35,886 bases of DNA from Octopus bimaculoides (taxonomy: Eukaryota). The notes beneath the pieces were generated by a model that did not search any database, had not been told where the DNA came from, and saw only the letters and a program-made list of their open reading frames with translations. Below, one piece after another: positions 1 through 12,030 of this stretch. The stretch covers positions 110,087,246 through 110,123,131 of the forward strand of contig NC_068985.1 of the NCBI RefSeq assembly GCF_001194135.2. Reading direction: 5' to 3'. Every line of letters begins with the position of its first letter. Position 1 is the stretch's first letter. The position numbers were made by a program, and so were the translations under genes.

Positions 1-9
1 TTATATATA

Positions 10-172
10 TTTTTCTCTGCAAAATAGGCGTAGCTTATTCAGTGCAGGCTATATTATTAGCATTATTCTGCGATTGAGAATTTAAAATCACTTCTTTAAC
101 TTTCTAAGACATCTCAACGCTTTTAAAAGCAAACTTCGTTTGCTTATTTACGTTTGCCGTAATTTGAATTTT
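10..172. repeat. Unclassified dispersed repeat, also at 5810-5962
   Basis: Shares CAGGCTATATTATTAGCATTATTCTGCGATTGAGAATTT and AAAATCACTTCTTTAACTTTCTAAGACATCTC with 5844-5915. Confidence 0.85.
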
Positions 173-692
173 ATATATATTTATATATCATCATCATCGT
201 TTAACGTCCGCTTTCCATGCTAGCATGGGTTGGACGATTTGACTGAGGACTGGTGAAACCGGATGGCAACACCAGGCTCCAGTCTGATTATAGAGAGAGA
301 GAGAGAGAGATAGAGATAGATAGATAGATAGATAGAGGGATAGATAGATAGATATATGTATATATACATATATATATGTATTTATATGCACACAAGCATA
401 TATACATATGGTGACTGCTCGACCTTCACAGATGATTACTGTCTCTCAGCAGAGCTGTGTAGTTTGAAGCATAGGTGACAGGCAAAATTTGTAACTTTTA
501 CTGAATTGATTGGATCACTTTATGAAATATGTTTCCTGTGAACCACCATATGTCTCTTCAAACCTGTAACTGACTCGCAAGCACTTTTACACACTGCACA
601 TGTGAAATCACCTGGTGTAGAAGGAAGGACATTGCATACAGTTGATCTTTAATAGGATTTCAGATGATTGGCATACAAGCATTCATACGTAT

Positions 693-1000
693 ATTCTTTC
701 TTCGCCCTTTCAAAACCTAGCCAGCCTCATGGACCCAGCTTCCCAGTTTCTATGGCATATGTGGTCCCCCCAGCTGGACGGGACGCCAGTCCATCACGGT
801 GTTACTTAAGAAACAGGAAGAAAGTGTGAGAGAAAGTTGGGGCGAAAGAGTACAACAGGGGTCGACACCACCCCCTGCCAGAGCCTCGTGGAGCTCAGGT
901 GTTTCGCTCAATAAACACGCACAACGCCCGGTCTGGGTATCGAAACCGCGATCCTCCGACCGCGAGTCCGCTGCCCTAACCACTGGGCCATTGTGCCTTC
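693..1000 (-). mobile_element. tRNA-derived SINE (family D head) with V-domain-like body
   Basis: Minus strand A box TGGCCCAGTGG, B box GTTTCGATACC; body GATGGACTGGCGTCCCGTCCAG resembles the V-SINE domain as I recall it. Confidence 0.75.
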
Positions 1001-1097
1001 ACATTCATACATATATACATGCATGCATACAGGCATACATACATTCAGGTATACTAAATACATACATACATACATACATACATACATGTATGTATAT

Positions 1098-1760
1098 GGA
1101 AGACATCACACATGTGATTAGCAGCTGTCTTAAAATGTCACAGTACTACCTCCTAATGTGGCACAATGTTGTTGCTAAAACAATTTACAATGCCAACCAC
1201 AAAAAAGACTGTCCTGAAATAAACTTAGAAAATCGCTCTGTTATGGAATACATTCATAAACACCAAATCAAGGAATAGTGGTGGAATATGCCCATCAAAA
1301 CTTGTCAAATGTAAACATAACAGGCCAGATATGGTTGTTTGGGACAGAAGGGCAAAGGTATGTCCCATCATAGAGGTCAGCTGCCCTGCAGATATAAATA
1401 TCTCTTTGAAAATCAATGAAAAATAGGATAGCTATGGACAACTGCTTCAAAACTTCCAGCTTCTATATCCAGACTATGAATTCATATTCATACCACTAAT
1501 AATTGGAGCACTAGGTTTTGCTAGTAAATGCTTGAAGAAGAATCTGGATAAACTGCGATTTTCAGAAAGAGAGATCGACCTGCTAATTCGTACATTAAAA
1601 GTGCAATCTGTGAGGGGAAAAGTAAAAAATACGCAAGACTTTTCTCAAGTTCCAAATGTGAATTTGTCTGTGTTAACTACATTCAAAAAGATGGAGCCTT
1701 GTAACTTTGTTCGAAACCAGCTCTCTTCTCATTGGAAGCTTATAATAATTAAAAATTAGA
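1098..1760 (+). mobile_element. 3' fragment of an RLE-type (R2/R4/NeSL superfamily) non-LTR retrotransposon
   Basis: EDITHVISSC (CCHC finger tail), HNRPDMVVWD...IIEVSCPAD (PD-(D/E)xK nuclease), IPLIIGALG; internal stops and a frameshift. Confidence 0.85.
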
Positions 1761-2157
1761 AGAGACATACAATGAACATTGTGTCAAATACAGACATGTT
1801 GGCATAGAGGACTGTTCCTTCTCCCAGATAATGAATNNNNNNNNNNNNNNNNNNNNNNNNNNNNNNNNNNNNNNNNNNNNNNNNNNNNNNNNNNNNNNNN
1901 NNNNNNNNNNNNNNNNNNNNNNNNNNNNNNNNNNNNNNNNNNNNNNNNNNNNNNNNNNNNNNNNNNNNNNNNNNNNNNNNNNNNNNNNNNNNNNNNNNNN
2001 NNNNNNNNNNNNNNNNNNNNNNNNNNNNNNNNNNNNNNNNNNNNNNNNNNNNNNNNNNNNNNNNNNNTTTTTTTGGAAATGCAAAGAAACAACCTTTTGA
2101 GAAAAGATCATAGCAATAACCAATCAGTGAAATACATACCATGTGGAAAAATTACGA

Positions 2158-2378
2158 TATGAGGGGGTGGGGCTGAAAAGTTCCTGGTTTTTGGTATATG
2201 AAAATACAGGAGAATCAGATAATTATGATTTTATCCAACCTATTCCCCTTTCAGATTCATTCACTTATTGCAGCAGTCCTTCAGTTTTTCTAAGCCCTGT
2301 AAAAGAACTCGGAAGGTTGGGCCTCCAAGTAGGCCTTTCGCAATACACTTAAAGCCAGGAACTTTTCAGCACTCCCGC
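2158..2378. mobile_element. Mariner-type MITE, copy 1
   Basis: TIR core GCTGAAAAGTTCCTGG / CCAGGAACTTTTCAGC with TAYGAGGG-like terminus; second copy in opposite orientation at 9810-10029. Confidence 0.8.
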
Positions 2379-2439
2379 AATCATACACCATGGCGATGAA
2401 ACAATCCAGAGTCAGCTGTCACAAATTGTGGAACTATGG

Positions 2440-2730
2440 AGAGTTTATTATACCTACAAGTTTCAAATTCTTCAGATTCCAGACACCAGATTACAAATTC
2501 ATATTTTGCAAGTAAATGCCAAAGTGGCAGTGTGGAAAAGCTAGGGTTTTCAGAAAGAAAGAAATCAACCGACTAATACACACATTGCAAATACAATCTG
2601 TAAGCGGAACAGTTAAAATATGCAAGACTTTTCTCAAGTTCAAAATGTGAATTTGTTTTAGCTATCAACATTTCAATGATGAAACTGTATCTTTCTTAGA
2701 AACTAGCTCCTATTTTACAGGAAGATTCCA
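2440..2730 (+). mobile_element. Second, more decayed 3' fragment of the same RLE LINE family
   Basis: Shares TTTTCAGAAAGA, CAATCTGT, GCAAGACTTTTCTCAAGTT and AAATGTGAATTTGT with 1559-1667. Confidence 0.8.
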
Positions 2731-2887
2731 AATAATCAAGAATAGAAAACATATATGCATAAATACATACATACGCCAGTACTGCCTGACTGGCACGTAA
2801 AAGCACCCACTACGCTCTCGGAGTGGTTGGCATTAGGAAGGGCATCCAGCTGTAGAAACTCTGCCAGATCAGATTGGAGCCTAGTGC

Positions 2888-2929
<42 letters not shown>

Positions 2930-2932
2930 GAG

Positions 2933-2998
<66 letters not shown>

Positions 2999-3037
2999 CC
3001 AGCATGGAAGGTGGATGTTAAACAATGATGATGATGA

Positions 3038-3087
<50 letters not shown>

Positions 3088-3654
3088 TTGCAAATGTGTG
3101 TGTGTGTGTGTGTGTGTGTATAGTTTCTGTGAGACAAAAATAATAAATTCTCACAGCAAATTTATGTTACCAAGTCCCGTTGGAAAGAAAGTCAGCTCTT
3201 TAGTCAACAATTGCTGTTACTCCCTTCCTATAACTCGGAGGTAATGGTGTGGGTGGGTGCAACCATTAGCAACATTATTATCCAACACCATAAATTTCCT
3301 TCTCTCATTAACGAACTCTAGCCAGTGAATATAGCTTCTATAAAACCAAATCTCCTAATGACCATCTCTCCTATACCACCCACCAGCAAGCTCTTGCTTT
3401 GCTGAAATTTGGTAAATGCAATGCTGTCACTCTCAACACGATTAAAGTTTTCAACCATTTTTGGCATAAAAATCTCCAGCTGAAACTGCCGACCTATAGA
3501 ATTTATCTGTTTCTCATCTCTTTCACTGTGAACTTCCTATCAGATTACATAAACATGTGTGTTAACAGAGATCTTCCTGTTCCACATTGAATCAACTTCT
3601 GCATGATCCATAGTTCAGTTTGGTCTGACACTCTCTTTTTTTCCCTACATCCAA

Positions 3655-3862
3655 TAATCCTTTCTACTATAAGCACAAAGCCTGAAATTTGGTGGGAGGG
3701 GGCCAGTGGATTAGATTGACCCCAGTATGCAACTGATACTTAACTTATCAACCCCGAAATGATGAAAGTCGACCTTGGTGGAATTTGAACTCAGAGCGTC
3801 AAGACAAACAAAACACCGCTAAGCATTTTGCTCGGCGTGCTAATGATTCTGCCAGCTCCACT
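3655..3862 (-). mobile_element. tRNA-derived SINE (family E) with Meta/MESC-like domain
   Basis: Minus strand B box GAGTTCAAATTCC followed by GGTCGACTTTCATC...GGGGTTGATAA; domain name recalled, not verified. Confidence 0.75.
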
Positions 3863-4112
3863 GCTTTCCTTACATACTTACACAGATAACACTGCCCTCT
3901 ATTCTCCCTCAGCTTTCATCAAATTACTTCTTTCTTGGGTAACCAAAGTGTCACACATGAATTCACACTAATTCTTTGAAGGGACCTCAACCCCCACCAC
4001 CATGGAGCTATATCAATCTTACAACTTCTACTATAGCCCCAGGTCAAACAAAATCTTGTAAGTGGATTGGTAGAGGGAAACTGAGAGAAGCATGACATAT
4101 ATACATATCAAT

Positions 4113-4690
4113 CATCATCATCATCGTTTAACGCCTGCTTTCCATGCTGGCATGGGTTGGACAGTTTGACTGGGGACTAGTGAGCCAGATGGCTGCACCA
4201 GGCTCCAATCTGATCTGGCAGAGTTTCTACAGCTGGATGCCCTTCCTAACGCCAACCACTCCAAGAGCGTAGTGGGTGCTTTTATGTACCACCGGCACAA
4301 GGGCCAGTCAGGCGGTACTGGTAACGCCCTTGCTCGAATGTTGGTTTCCACGTACCACCGGCACAAGTGCCAGTAAGGTGACCTGGTAACGATCATGCTC
4401 GAATGGTGCTTTTTACGTGCCACTGGCATGGGGGCCACACAGCGGCCCTCACAACGATCATACTCAGATGATGCTCTTAGCGCTCCACTGGAGCGGATGC
4501 GAGTCATGCGGTGCTGTCCATAGAATTTGATTCTGATTTCACTTGCCACAATAGGTCTTCACAAGCAGAATTTAGTGTCCAATGAAAGAAAGGTTCACCT
4601 AAGTGGGCTGGTTACACCACTGGCATAAGCCAACAGGTTATGGTCTCACTTGGCCTTGGCCTGCCGGGTCTTCACAAGCACAGCATATTA
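4113..4690 (-). mobile_element. High-copy retroposon 3' segment (family A; GGAAGGGCATCC motif, (GAT)n tail), long copy
   Basis: CATCATCGTTTAACG...GGATGCCCTTCCTAACGCCAACC recurs in more than ten copies in the window; strand assigned from the tail. SINE vs LINE 3' UTR not resolved. Confidence 0.85.
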
Positions 4691-4964
4691 TGTCTATATA
4701 AATTTATGCGTGTGTGTGTCTTTGTGTCTGTGTTTATCCTCTGCCACTGTTTGACAACCGGTGTTGGTTTGTTTATCTCCCTGAAACTTATCAGTTCAGT
4801 TGAAAAAGAGCAATAATATAAGTACCATCTTTCAAAAAGAGAAAAAAAAAATACTAGGGCTGAATCAGTCAACTAAAAATTCTTCATGGCAAAGCCCCAG
4901 CATGGCCACAATTTAATGAGTGAAACGAGTAAAAGGTAAAAGGAAAAGATATACATATGTGTAA

Positions 4965-5000
<36 letters not shown>

Positions 5001-5124
5001 ATATGTAAGTGCATGTGTGTGTATGCATATGTGTGCATGTGTGTGTATGTGTGGGTTTTGTGTGTATGTGTGTATATGTGCATGTGCTGTGCGTGTGAGT
5101 GTGCATGTATGTATGTGTGTGTAT

Positions 5125-5155
<31 letters not shown>

Positions 5156-5313
5156 CATGCATGTGTGTGTGTGTGTTTGTACTACAAATGTACTGTTAGT
5201 CTATCCCCAGGCAACCTGTGGCTCAAATCTACATTAGAAGGAATTTGTATAGTAAACAGCCATTATAAAAGATATTCTACTCAGATGACCTGTACAAAGA
5301 CACAAATACAAAC

Positions 5314-5373
<60 letters not shown>

Positions 5374-5527
5374 CTATGTATGCATGTGTGTGTGATGTAA
5401 GTTTATACACATAGAAGCATCGGGAGAGAGATTACAGTATTTATGACAAGGGATGGTTCTTGTTTAAACATAACTATTCACTCTGTATTAGTTCACTGGC
5501 AGGTCATCAAAGTAATGTATGTATATG

Positions 5528-5560
<33 letters not shown>

Positions 5561-5637
5561 ATACTGGAGTAAGTACATAAAATGTGCAACAAGGTGGGAA
5601 AAAGAGTACTCAAATACCAGAGGTAGAGTAATATGCT

Positions 5638-5697
5638 TTATTTAAAAGCAACAGAAATATAACAAAAGACTGTTATATTTCTGCTGCTTTTAAATAA
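5638..5697. repeat. 27-bp inverted repeat with 6-nt loop
   Basis: TTATTTAAAAGCAACAGAAATATAACA / TGTTATATTTCTGCTGCTTTTAAATAA, one mismatch. Confidence 0.9.
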
Positions 5698-5710
5698 TGT
5701 ATATATATAT

Positions 5711-5881
5711 ATTCTCAATCGCAGAATAATGCTAATAATATAGCCTGAACAGGATAAACTACCCCTATTTTGCAGAGAAAAGTGTAGGTGGCCAGCTGTG
5801 GAACTACACTTTTCTCTGCAAAAATAGGGATAGTTTATCCTGTTCAGGCTATATTATTAGCATTATTCTGCGATTGAGAAT
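5711..5881. repeat. Near-perfect 77/78-bp inverted repeat with 16-nt loop
   Basis: 5711-5787 vs 5804-5881: one substitution and one 1-nt indel. Confidence 0.95.
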
Positions 5882-6003
5882 TTAAAATCACTTCTTTAAC
5901 TTTCTAAGACATCTCCACGCTTCTAAAGCAAACTTTGTTTGTTTATTTACATTTGTCGTAATNNNNNNNNNNNNNNNNNNNNNNNNNNNNNNNNNNNNNN
6001 NNN

Positions 6004-6039
<36 letters not shown>

Positions 6040-6565
6040 CAGTAAAAATATGCAGACATTAAGCTTCCTCAAATGCTCAGATGGATCATTAGAAGTAGTA
6101 GATAGCTCCTGTTACTTAGGGGACCAAGTTACCTGGGGAGTTCTGAAAGTGTGGTTGCTAGTCTAAGAACAGACTTGGCAAAGTTCAGAGTGCTTCTTCT
6201 ACCTTTGTTGGTAACTTAGAGCCTCTCCCTCTGAGTGAAAGGCAGATTGTATGGTGCCTGTGAACATACAGCTATGTTACATGGCAGTGAAACATGGGCT
6301 TTGACTACAGAGGCCTTGCGAAGGCTTGAAAGAAATGAAACTAACGTGTTCTGCTGGATGGGTAATGTTAGTGTGCATGTATGACAGAGTGTAAATGGTT
6401 TAAGAAGAAAACTGTATATAAGAGGCATCAGGTGTTGTGTGCAAGAAAGAAAACTGTTTTGGTTTGGTCATGGGATGCATATGGACGAGGACAGCTGCAT
6501 AAAGAAATAACAAGCTCTAATTGTGGAGGATATCTGTGGAAGCAGTAGACCCAGGAAGACATGAG
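6040..6565 (+). mobile_element. RTE-clade LINE 3' fragment (post-RT region), disrupted
   Basis: Motifs CYLG, LHGSETWALT, WFGH and RPRKT*, typical of RTE ORF C-termini; frameshifts and stops. Confidence 0.85.
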
Positions 6566-6669
6566 TAAGATAGAAATCAAAAGGGTCTGCAGATAAAAAA
6601 TGGTTAAGAAACACTGATATAGAGTATGTTTGTGTAGGTTGTGTTATTGTATCTTCTGATTTGTTGTAT

Positions 6670-6696
6670 GGGGTTAGGGTTAGGGTTAGGGTTAGG
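6670..6696 (+). repeat. Interstitial telomere-type (TTAGGG)4 repeat
   Basis: GGGGTTAGGGTTAGGGTTAGGGTTAGG seen directly. Confidence 0.9.
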
Positions 6697-6869
6697 TTAT
6701 ATTTTTGGTTTTATTGTACAGGGTGTGTATTTGTTGTGTGAGTTGTCTTACATTATTTGCTGGGTTTTTTTTTCTTTTGTTGAATGGGTTGTGTTATTAT
6801 ATTTGCCAGTTATTGTATAGAGTTTGTGTTGTGGGTGGAGAGTGCCCTGTTTCAGTTGTACCACTAAAT

Positions 6870-7415
6870 TAAAAGTGTTTATATAGATGCAGGCTGTACC
6901 TAGTAGTGTTGCTTTTAGGAACTGTGCATAATGTTATGAGCCCCTGGATTCTATATTTTCATTTATATTTATATAATCATACCTATGTCTCAGTTGCCAT
7001 AATACTCTTTTTAAGTTTTATACACCCACATCCTGTTTGGTTCAGTTTCAAGATCTTTCTATTTTGACCTTCTTTTTGGCAATATTTTGATTAGAAAGGA
7101 TCATGAAGTCTATCAGTATGCAGATATTTTCATTCAAATCCTAGATTATTTATATCCGGAAAGATTGTTTTGTTTTTGTTTTTAATTTTCTTTCTTATTT
7201 TCTTGTCAGTTTAAATAGGTATGCCCTAGAGGATTGTAGCTAGGTTATTGTCATGTTTTGCGTTTGATTTTTTTTAATACTGTTTTGTGTCCATTTTCAC
7301 GTTGAAATGTTGGCATATTGCCCAGTAAACATAGCTACTATCTCAATTGCGACTGTGTATATATTTGGTCTTGCCAAGGACTGGGCAGCTAGAAATTATG
7401 TGGTCAATAGCAGAT
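6870..7415 (-). mobile_element. 3' fragment of an R4/Dong-like RLE non-LTR retrotransposon
   Basis: Minus-strand motifs IDHIISSCPVLGKTKY, YVYWAICQHF, NICILIDF, RMW and KATLLGTA in the expected order; many stops and frameshifts. Confidence 0.8.
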
Positions 7416-7713
7416 TTAAGTTGGCTGAGAGAGAAGTGATGCAGTCAAGTAGATAAGCTAGAAGTGACTACTTTATGAGAAGTCAGCAGTTCAAATCCTT
7501 ACTTGGCATTTCAAAGTATTTCTTAAAATAACACTGAAATAGTAAGGTCTAGCAGTTAAGGTGTTGGGCTCCCATCATAAGGTTCATGTGTTCAATTCTG
7601 GGACTGAGCAGTATATTGAGGCCCTTCATTTAACATTGCTCCAGTCTGCTCAGCTGAAAAGGAACACTAAGTACGGGTGCATCTCTGTCTCTATCTCTGT
7701 CTCTCTGTCTCTC

Positions 7714-7782
<69 letters not shown>

Positions 7783-7799
7783 TTCTCTCTTTCTCTCTT

Positions 7800-8158
7800 T
7801 CTCTTTACATGCCAGTACCACATAAAGGCACCTAAGCCAGTACCATGTAAAAAGCATCCATGCCAATTCTACATATGATGCACTCGCACCAGTGCCACAT
7901 AAGAAGCATCCATGATGGCGCCATGTAAAAAGTACTCATGCCAGTGCCACATACAAAGCACTTGTGCTGGTGTCACATAAAAAGGCACCCAGTACACTCT
8001 GTAAAGTGGTTGGCACTAGGAAGGGCATCCAGTCATAGAAACCATGTGGAAACAGACAATTGGAGCCTGGTACAGCTTTCCAGCTGAAGAGCTCCTACCA
8101 AACCATCCAACCCATACCAGCATGGAAAATGGACGTTAAATGATGACAAAGATGATGA

Positions 8159-8160
<2 letters not shown>
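7800..8160 (+). mobile_element. Family A retroposon with about 25-bp internal minisatellite
   Basis: GCCAGT(A/G)CCAC(A/G)TAAAA-like units at 7811-8000, followed by GGAAGGGCATCCAG and a GATGA tail. Confidence 0.8.
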
Positions 8161-8197
<37 letters not shown>

Positions 8198-8220
8198 ATA
8201 TCTGTCTATCCATCTATTTA

Positions 8221-8267
<47 letters not shown>

Positions 8268-8307
8268 GTCTATGTATGTATGTATGAATATCTTGCAAAA
8301 CATATAT

Positions 8308-8349
<42 letters not shown>

Positions 8350-8857
8350 CTAGAAAACAAAAGACAAAGACAGGTGTAGGAACAAGAAGCAGGTGTATAT
8401 ATATATATATATATANNNNNNNNNNNNNNNNNNNNNNNNNNNNNNNNNNNNNNNNNNNNNNNNNNNNNNNNNNNNNNNNNNNNNNNNNNNNNNNNNNNNN
8501 NNNNNNNNNNNNNNNNNNNNNNNNNNNNNNNNNNNNNNNNNNNNNNNNNNNNNNNNNNNNNNNNNNNNNNNNNNNNNNNNNNNNNNNNNNNNNNNNNNNN
8601 NNNNNNNNNNNNNNNNNNNNNNNNNNNNNNNNNNNNNNNNNNNNNNNNNNNNNNNNNNNNNNNNNNNNNNNNNNNNNNNNNNNNNNNNNNNNNNNNNNNN
8701 NNNNNNNNNNNNNNNNNNNNNNNNNNNNNNNNNNNNNNNNNNNNNNNNNNNNNNNNNNNNNNNNNNNNNNNNNNNNNNNNNNNNNNNNNNNNNNNNNNNN
8801 NNNNNNNNNNNNNNNNNNNNNNNNNNNNNNNNNNNNNNNNNNNNNNNNNNNNNNNNN

Positions 8858-8892
<35 letters not shown>

Positions 8893-9809
8893 CTTAAATT
8901 TATCTCTTATTTAAATTAAATTTATTGCCCTTTAAAGATTGGCTGAAAACCAGAGCTAAGCACCATGCTTTGAAAGAACCATTGTACATATATATTTAGA
9001 AAACCAGAGATTGTGAATTGAAATCAGGGCATTTCTGGACACAACACTTTATTCTACTTTAGTCCAGTTCACATAACTGTGTTAAGGTATAGGGGAGAAA
9101 GAGCAAGCAGATCATTTGGTAGGTATAGCCATTGATAGCAATTCTCTTCCATTTGTTTCTTATCTGATGAAGACCATAGTACTGCAGGCTAAAAAGCTCT
9201 TTCAGTTTGTAGATTCTATATATTCTCAGCACATTACAATATGGAGTATTTTGTGGCTTGTAAAGGAGGAGTAGCAGATATGTAGTAATGTGATCAAAGC
9301 AATGTTGTTCCATTTGCTTCTTATCTGATTAATACCACAGTAATGAGAGCTAAAAAGCACCTCGAGTTTTTAGATTATATATATACTTTTTTTATTATTT
9401 TACAACAGTAACAGGCATACGTGAGAGGAAGTTTGCTTTCTAACCAAATGGTTCCATGTTCAGTTCGACTGCATGTCACCTTGGGCAAGTGTCTTCTATT
9501 ATAGCCTAAGGCCAACTAAAATCTTGTGACAAGAAACTGAAAGAAGCCTGTTGTATATATATATATAATGCACATATACATGCATATGTAGATGTGTCTA
9601 ACCCATGCCAGCTTGGAAGGCGAATGTTAAACAATGATGACGATGATGATGATGATACACATATATACACATCTACACACACACACACACACGTTAGATT
9701 ATAGTGTGTCATTTAATCGACATTACTGCTACAAAATGGTAACCCTGACATCACGATAAATTGAACAATGACCAACTGAATGGTCTCTTTGTTTTAGAAT
9801 GACTGTATG

Positions 9810-10029
9810 AACGAGGGGGTGTTGAAAAGTTCCTGGCTTTAAGGGTTTTGTGTATGGCCTAGTTGGAGGCCCTAATTTCTGAGTTCTTTTACAGAGCTTA
9901 GAAGAAATGAAGGGCTGCTGCAGTATGTGAATCTGAGAGGGGAATGTGTTCAATAAAATCATAATTAACTGATTCTCCTGTACTTTTTTTTTTTACCCAA
10001 AGCCAGGAACTTTTCAACACATTCTCATA
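9810..10029. mobile_element. Mariner-type MITE, copy 2 (inverted relative to copy 1)
   Basis: ACGAGGGGGTGTTGAAAAGTTCCTGGCTTT ... AAAGCCAGGAACTTTTCAACAC; interior matches the reverse complement of 2190-2340. Confidence 0.8.
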
Positions 10030-10805
10030 TGTCAGTGTGTGTGTATATTTGTTTATGTGTATGTATGTTTGTGTGTGTGCATGCATACATGCATGTGTGT
10101 GTGTGTGTTGGCATCATTACTTCAAATAGGTGAGCAGTACTTCATATGGGTCTTACTCCTGCATCAAGATACTTTCACACCTCCCATATCATCTAATATT
10201 ATGTGAGAAGGGAGGTTTATGAAAATTGAAAAAAGTGGGTAAACAATTGCAGTGTTTAATAATAATAAAATGGCTTTAAACTTTATAAATTTGTTTCATA
10301 CCATTATGGACAAACAAGAATTATAGAGAGGTAAACTCTATTTGGTTTTCTCAGTAATGGAAGAGGAAGGTTCGAATTTCACTTACTGATATTTTGGCAC
10401 TTTAAGAACCATTGATCTACTGTCTGTCATAACCAAATAGTTTTCTACTTTGCTGTTACGCAACCTGTCAGGTGTGTATATAAACTTATACACTTCTGAC
10501 AGATAATACAAACATAAATTTTATACTAAGGTTTACTGCAGAATATATCAAAGATTTTAGCCAACACTACATTTGTAAATTGATTAGATAATTAAGTTTA
10601 CCAGATGAATCACAGTCATAAATGTAACTGATGTTTATGACTGCCTCAGGTCTCAAGTAATTAATTTGATGGATATTATCTAGGGTAGTGGTTCCCAATT
10701 GAGGTGCAACATGAGTTTTAGGAGTCTGTCAAAGATGTGGAACAAATTGGCTATACTTCTACAATAAACAAAATATTTTAGCATTTTTAATACAATTCCT
10801 CATTC

Positions 10806-11207
10806 TCTTTTACTCTTTTACTCTTTTACTTGTTTCAGTCATTTGACTGCGGCCATGCTGGAGCACCGCCTTTAGTCGAGCAAATCGACCTCAGGACTTA
10901 TTCTTTGTAAGCCTAGTACTTATTCTATCGGTCTCTTTTGCCGAACCGCTAAGTTACAGGGACGTAAACACACCAACATCGGTCGTCAAGCGATGTTGGG
11001 GGGACAAACAGACACACAAACACATACACACATATATATATATATACATATATACGACGGGCTTCTTTCAGTTTCTGTCTACCAAATCCACTCACAAGGC
11101 TTTGGTCGGCCCGAGGCTATAGTAGAAGACACTTGCCCAAGGTGCCACACAGTGGGATTGAACCCAGAACCATGTGGTTGGTAAGCAAGCTACTTACCAC
11201 ACAGCCA
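10806..11207 (-). mobile_element. tRNA-derived CORE-like SINE (family B/C) with internal microsatellite and (AAAAGAGT)n tail
   Basis: Minus-strand head TGGCTGTGTGG...GGTTCAATCCC, body GGCACCTTGGGCAAGTGTC (CORE-like), tail GCAGTCAAATGACTGAAACAAGTAAAAGAG. Confidence 0.85.
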
Positions 11208-11430
11208 ATAACAAAAAAACAATACACTTTTTTTTAAATATCAAATGGCTATGGGGGTCCAGTAGAGTAGAATAGGATGAAAAGTAAAGTTGACCTCAGT
11301 GAAATCTGAATCCAGAATGTGAAATACCAGTAAGTAGATGAAATACCGCCAAATGAAATACCACTAAGCATTTCATCTGGCTTGCTAACAATTCTGCCAG
11401 CTCATCATCTTAATAATAATAATAATAATA

Positions 11431-11463
<33 letters not shown>

Positions 11464-11719
11464 AATAATAACTATGATAATACAAATAGTCCAACAAAAG
11501 AACAGGTGGTTCTGCTTTACATGATTACCTAAAGCAGATCAGTCTGGTATTGGTTACTAGGGGTCACTAGTCAACAAAGGAAGTTTCTGCATTGACACTG
11601 AGACTGTTAGAAATAGCAACCAAATCCCTGTTGGATCTTGCTGAACTGTCTTGAAAAAAGATTTAAACATTGTGTCATGGTTGGAACAACTTTGAATGTA
11701 GGTCTGACCTTTGGCTAAA

Positions 11720-12030
11720 AAAAGGAGGAGGAGGATAAGACAAAAGAAAGAGACAAAGAAGAAGAAGACAGAGGAGGAGGAAGAGGAGGAAGAAGTAGAA
11801 GAGGAGGAAGAAGGAGAGAAGGAAGAAGAAGGAGAGGAGGAGGAGGAGGAGAGAAGGAAGAAGAAGAAGAGGAGGACGAAGAAGAAGAAGAAGAGGAGGA
11901 AGAAGAAGGAGAGGAGGGAGGAAGAAGAAGGAGAGGAGGACGAAGAAGAAAAAGAAGAGGAAGAAGAAGAAGAAGAGGAGGATAGTAGTAGTAGTAGTAG
12001 TAGGAGCAGGAGCAGGAGTGGGGGAGGATT
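11720..12030. repeat. Compound (GAA/GAG)n purine microsatellite
   Basis: Seen directly; source of the poly-E/K ORF. Confidence 0.95.

Noticed and set aside
240-266. CTGAGGA...GAAAC in family A copies
   Set aside because: Only 5 nt between the half-cores, no helix II, and no NUH in register.
6670-6696. TTAGGG block as a chromosome end
   Set aside because: Only four units, with ordinary sequence on both sides.
7811-8000. Regularly spaced about 25-bp repeats resembling a CRISPR array
   Set aside because: Units are degenerate and abut each other without unique spacers, sit inside a retroposon, and no cas genes are present in this eukaryotic DNA.
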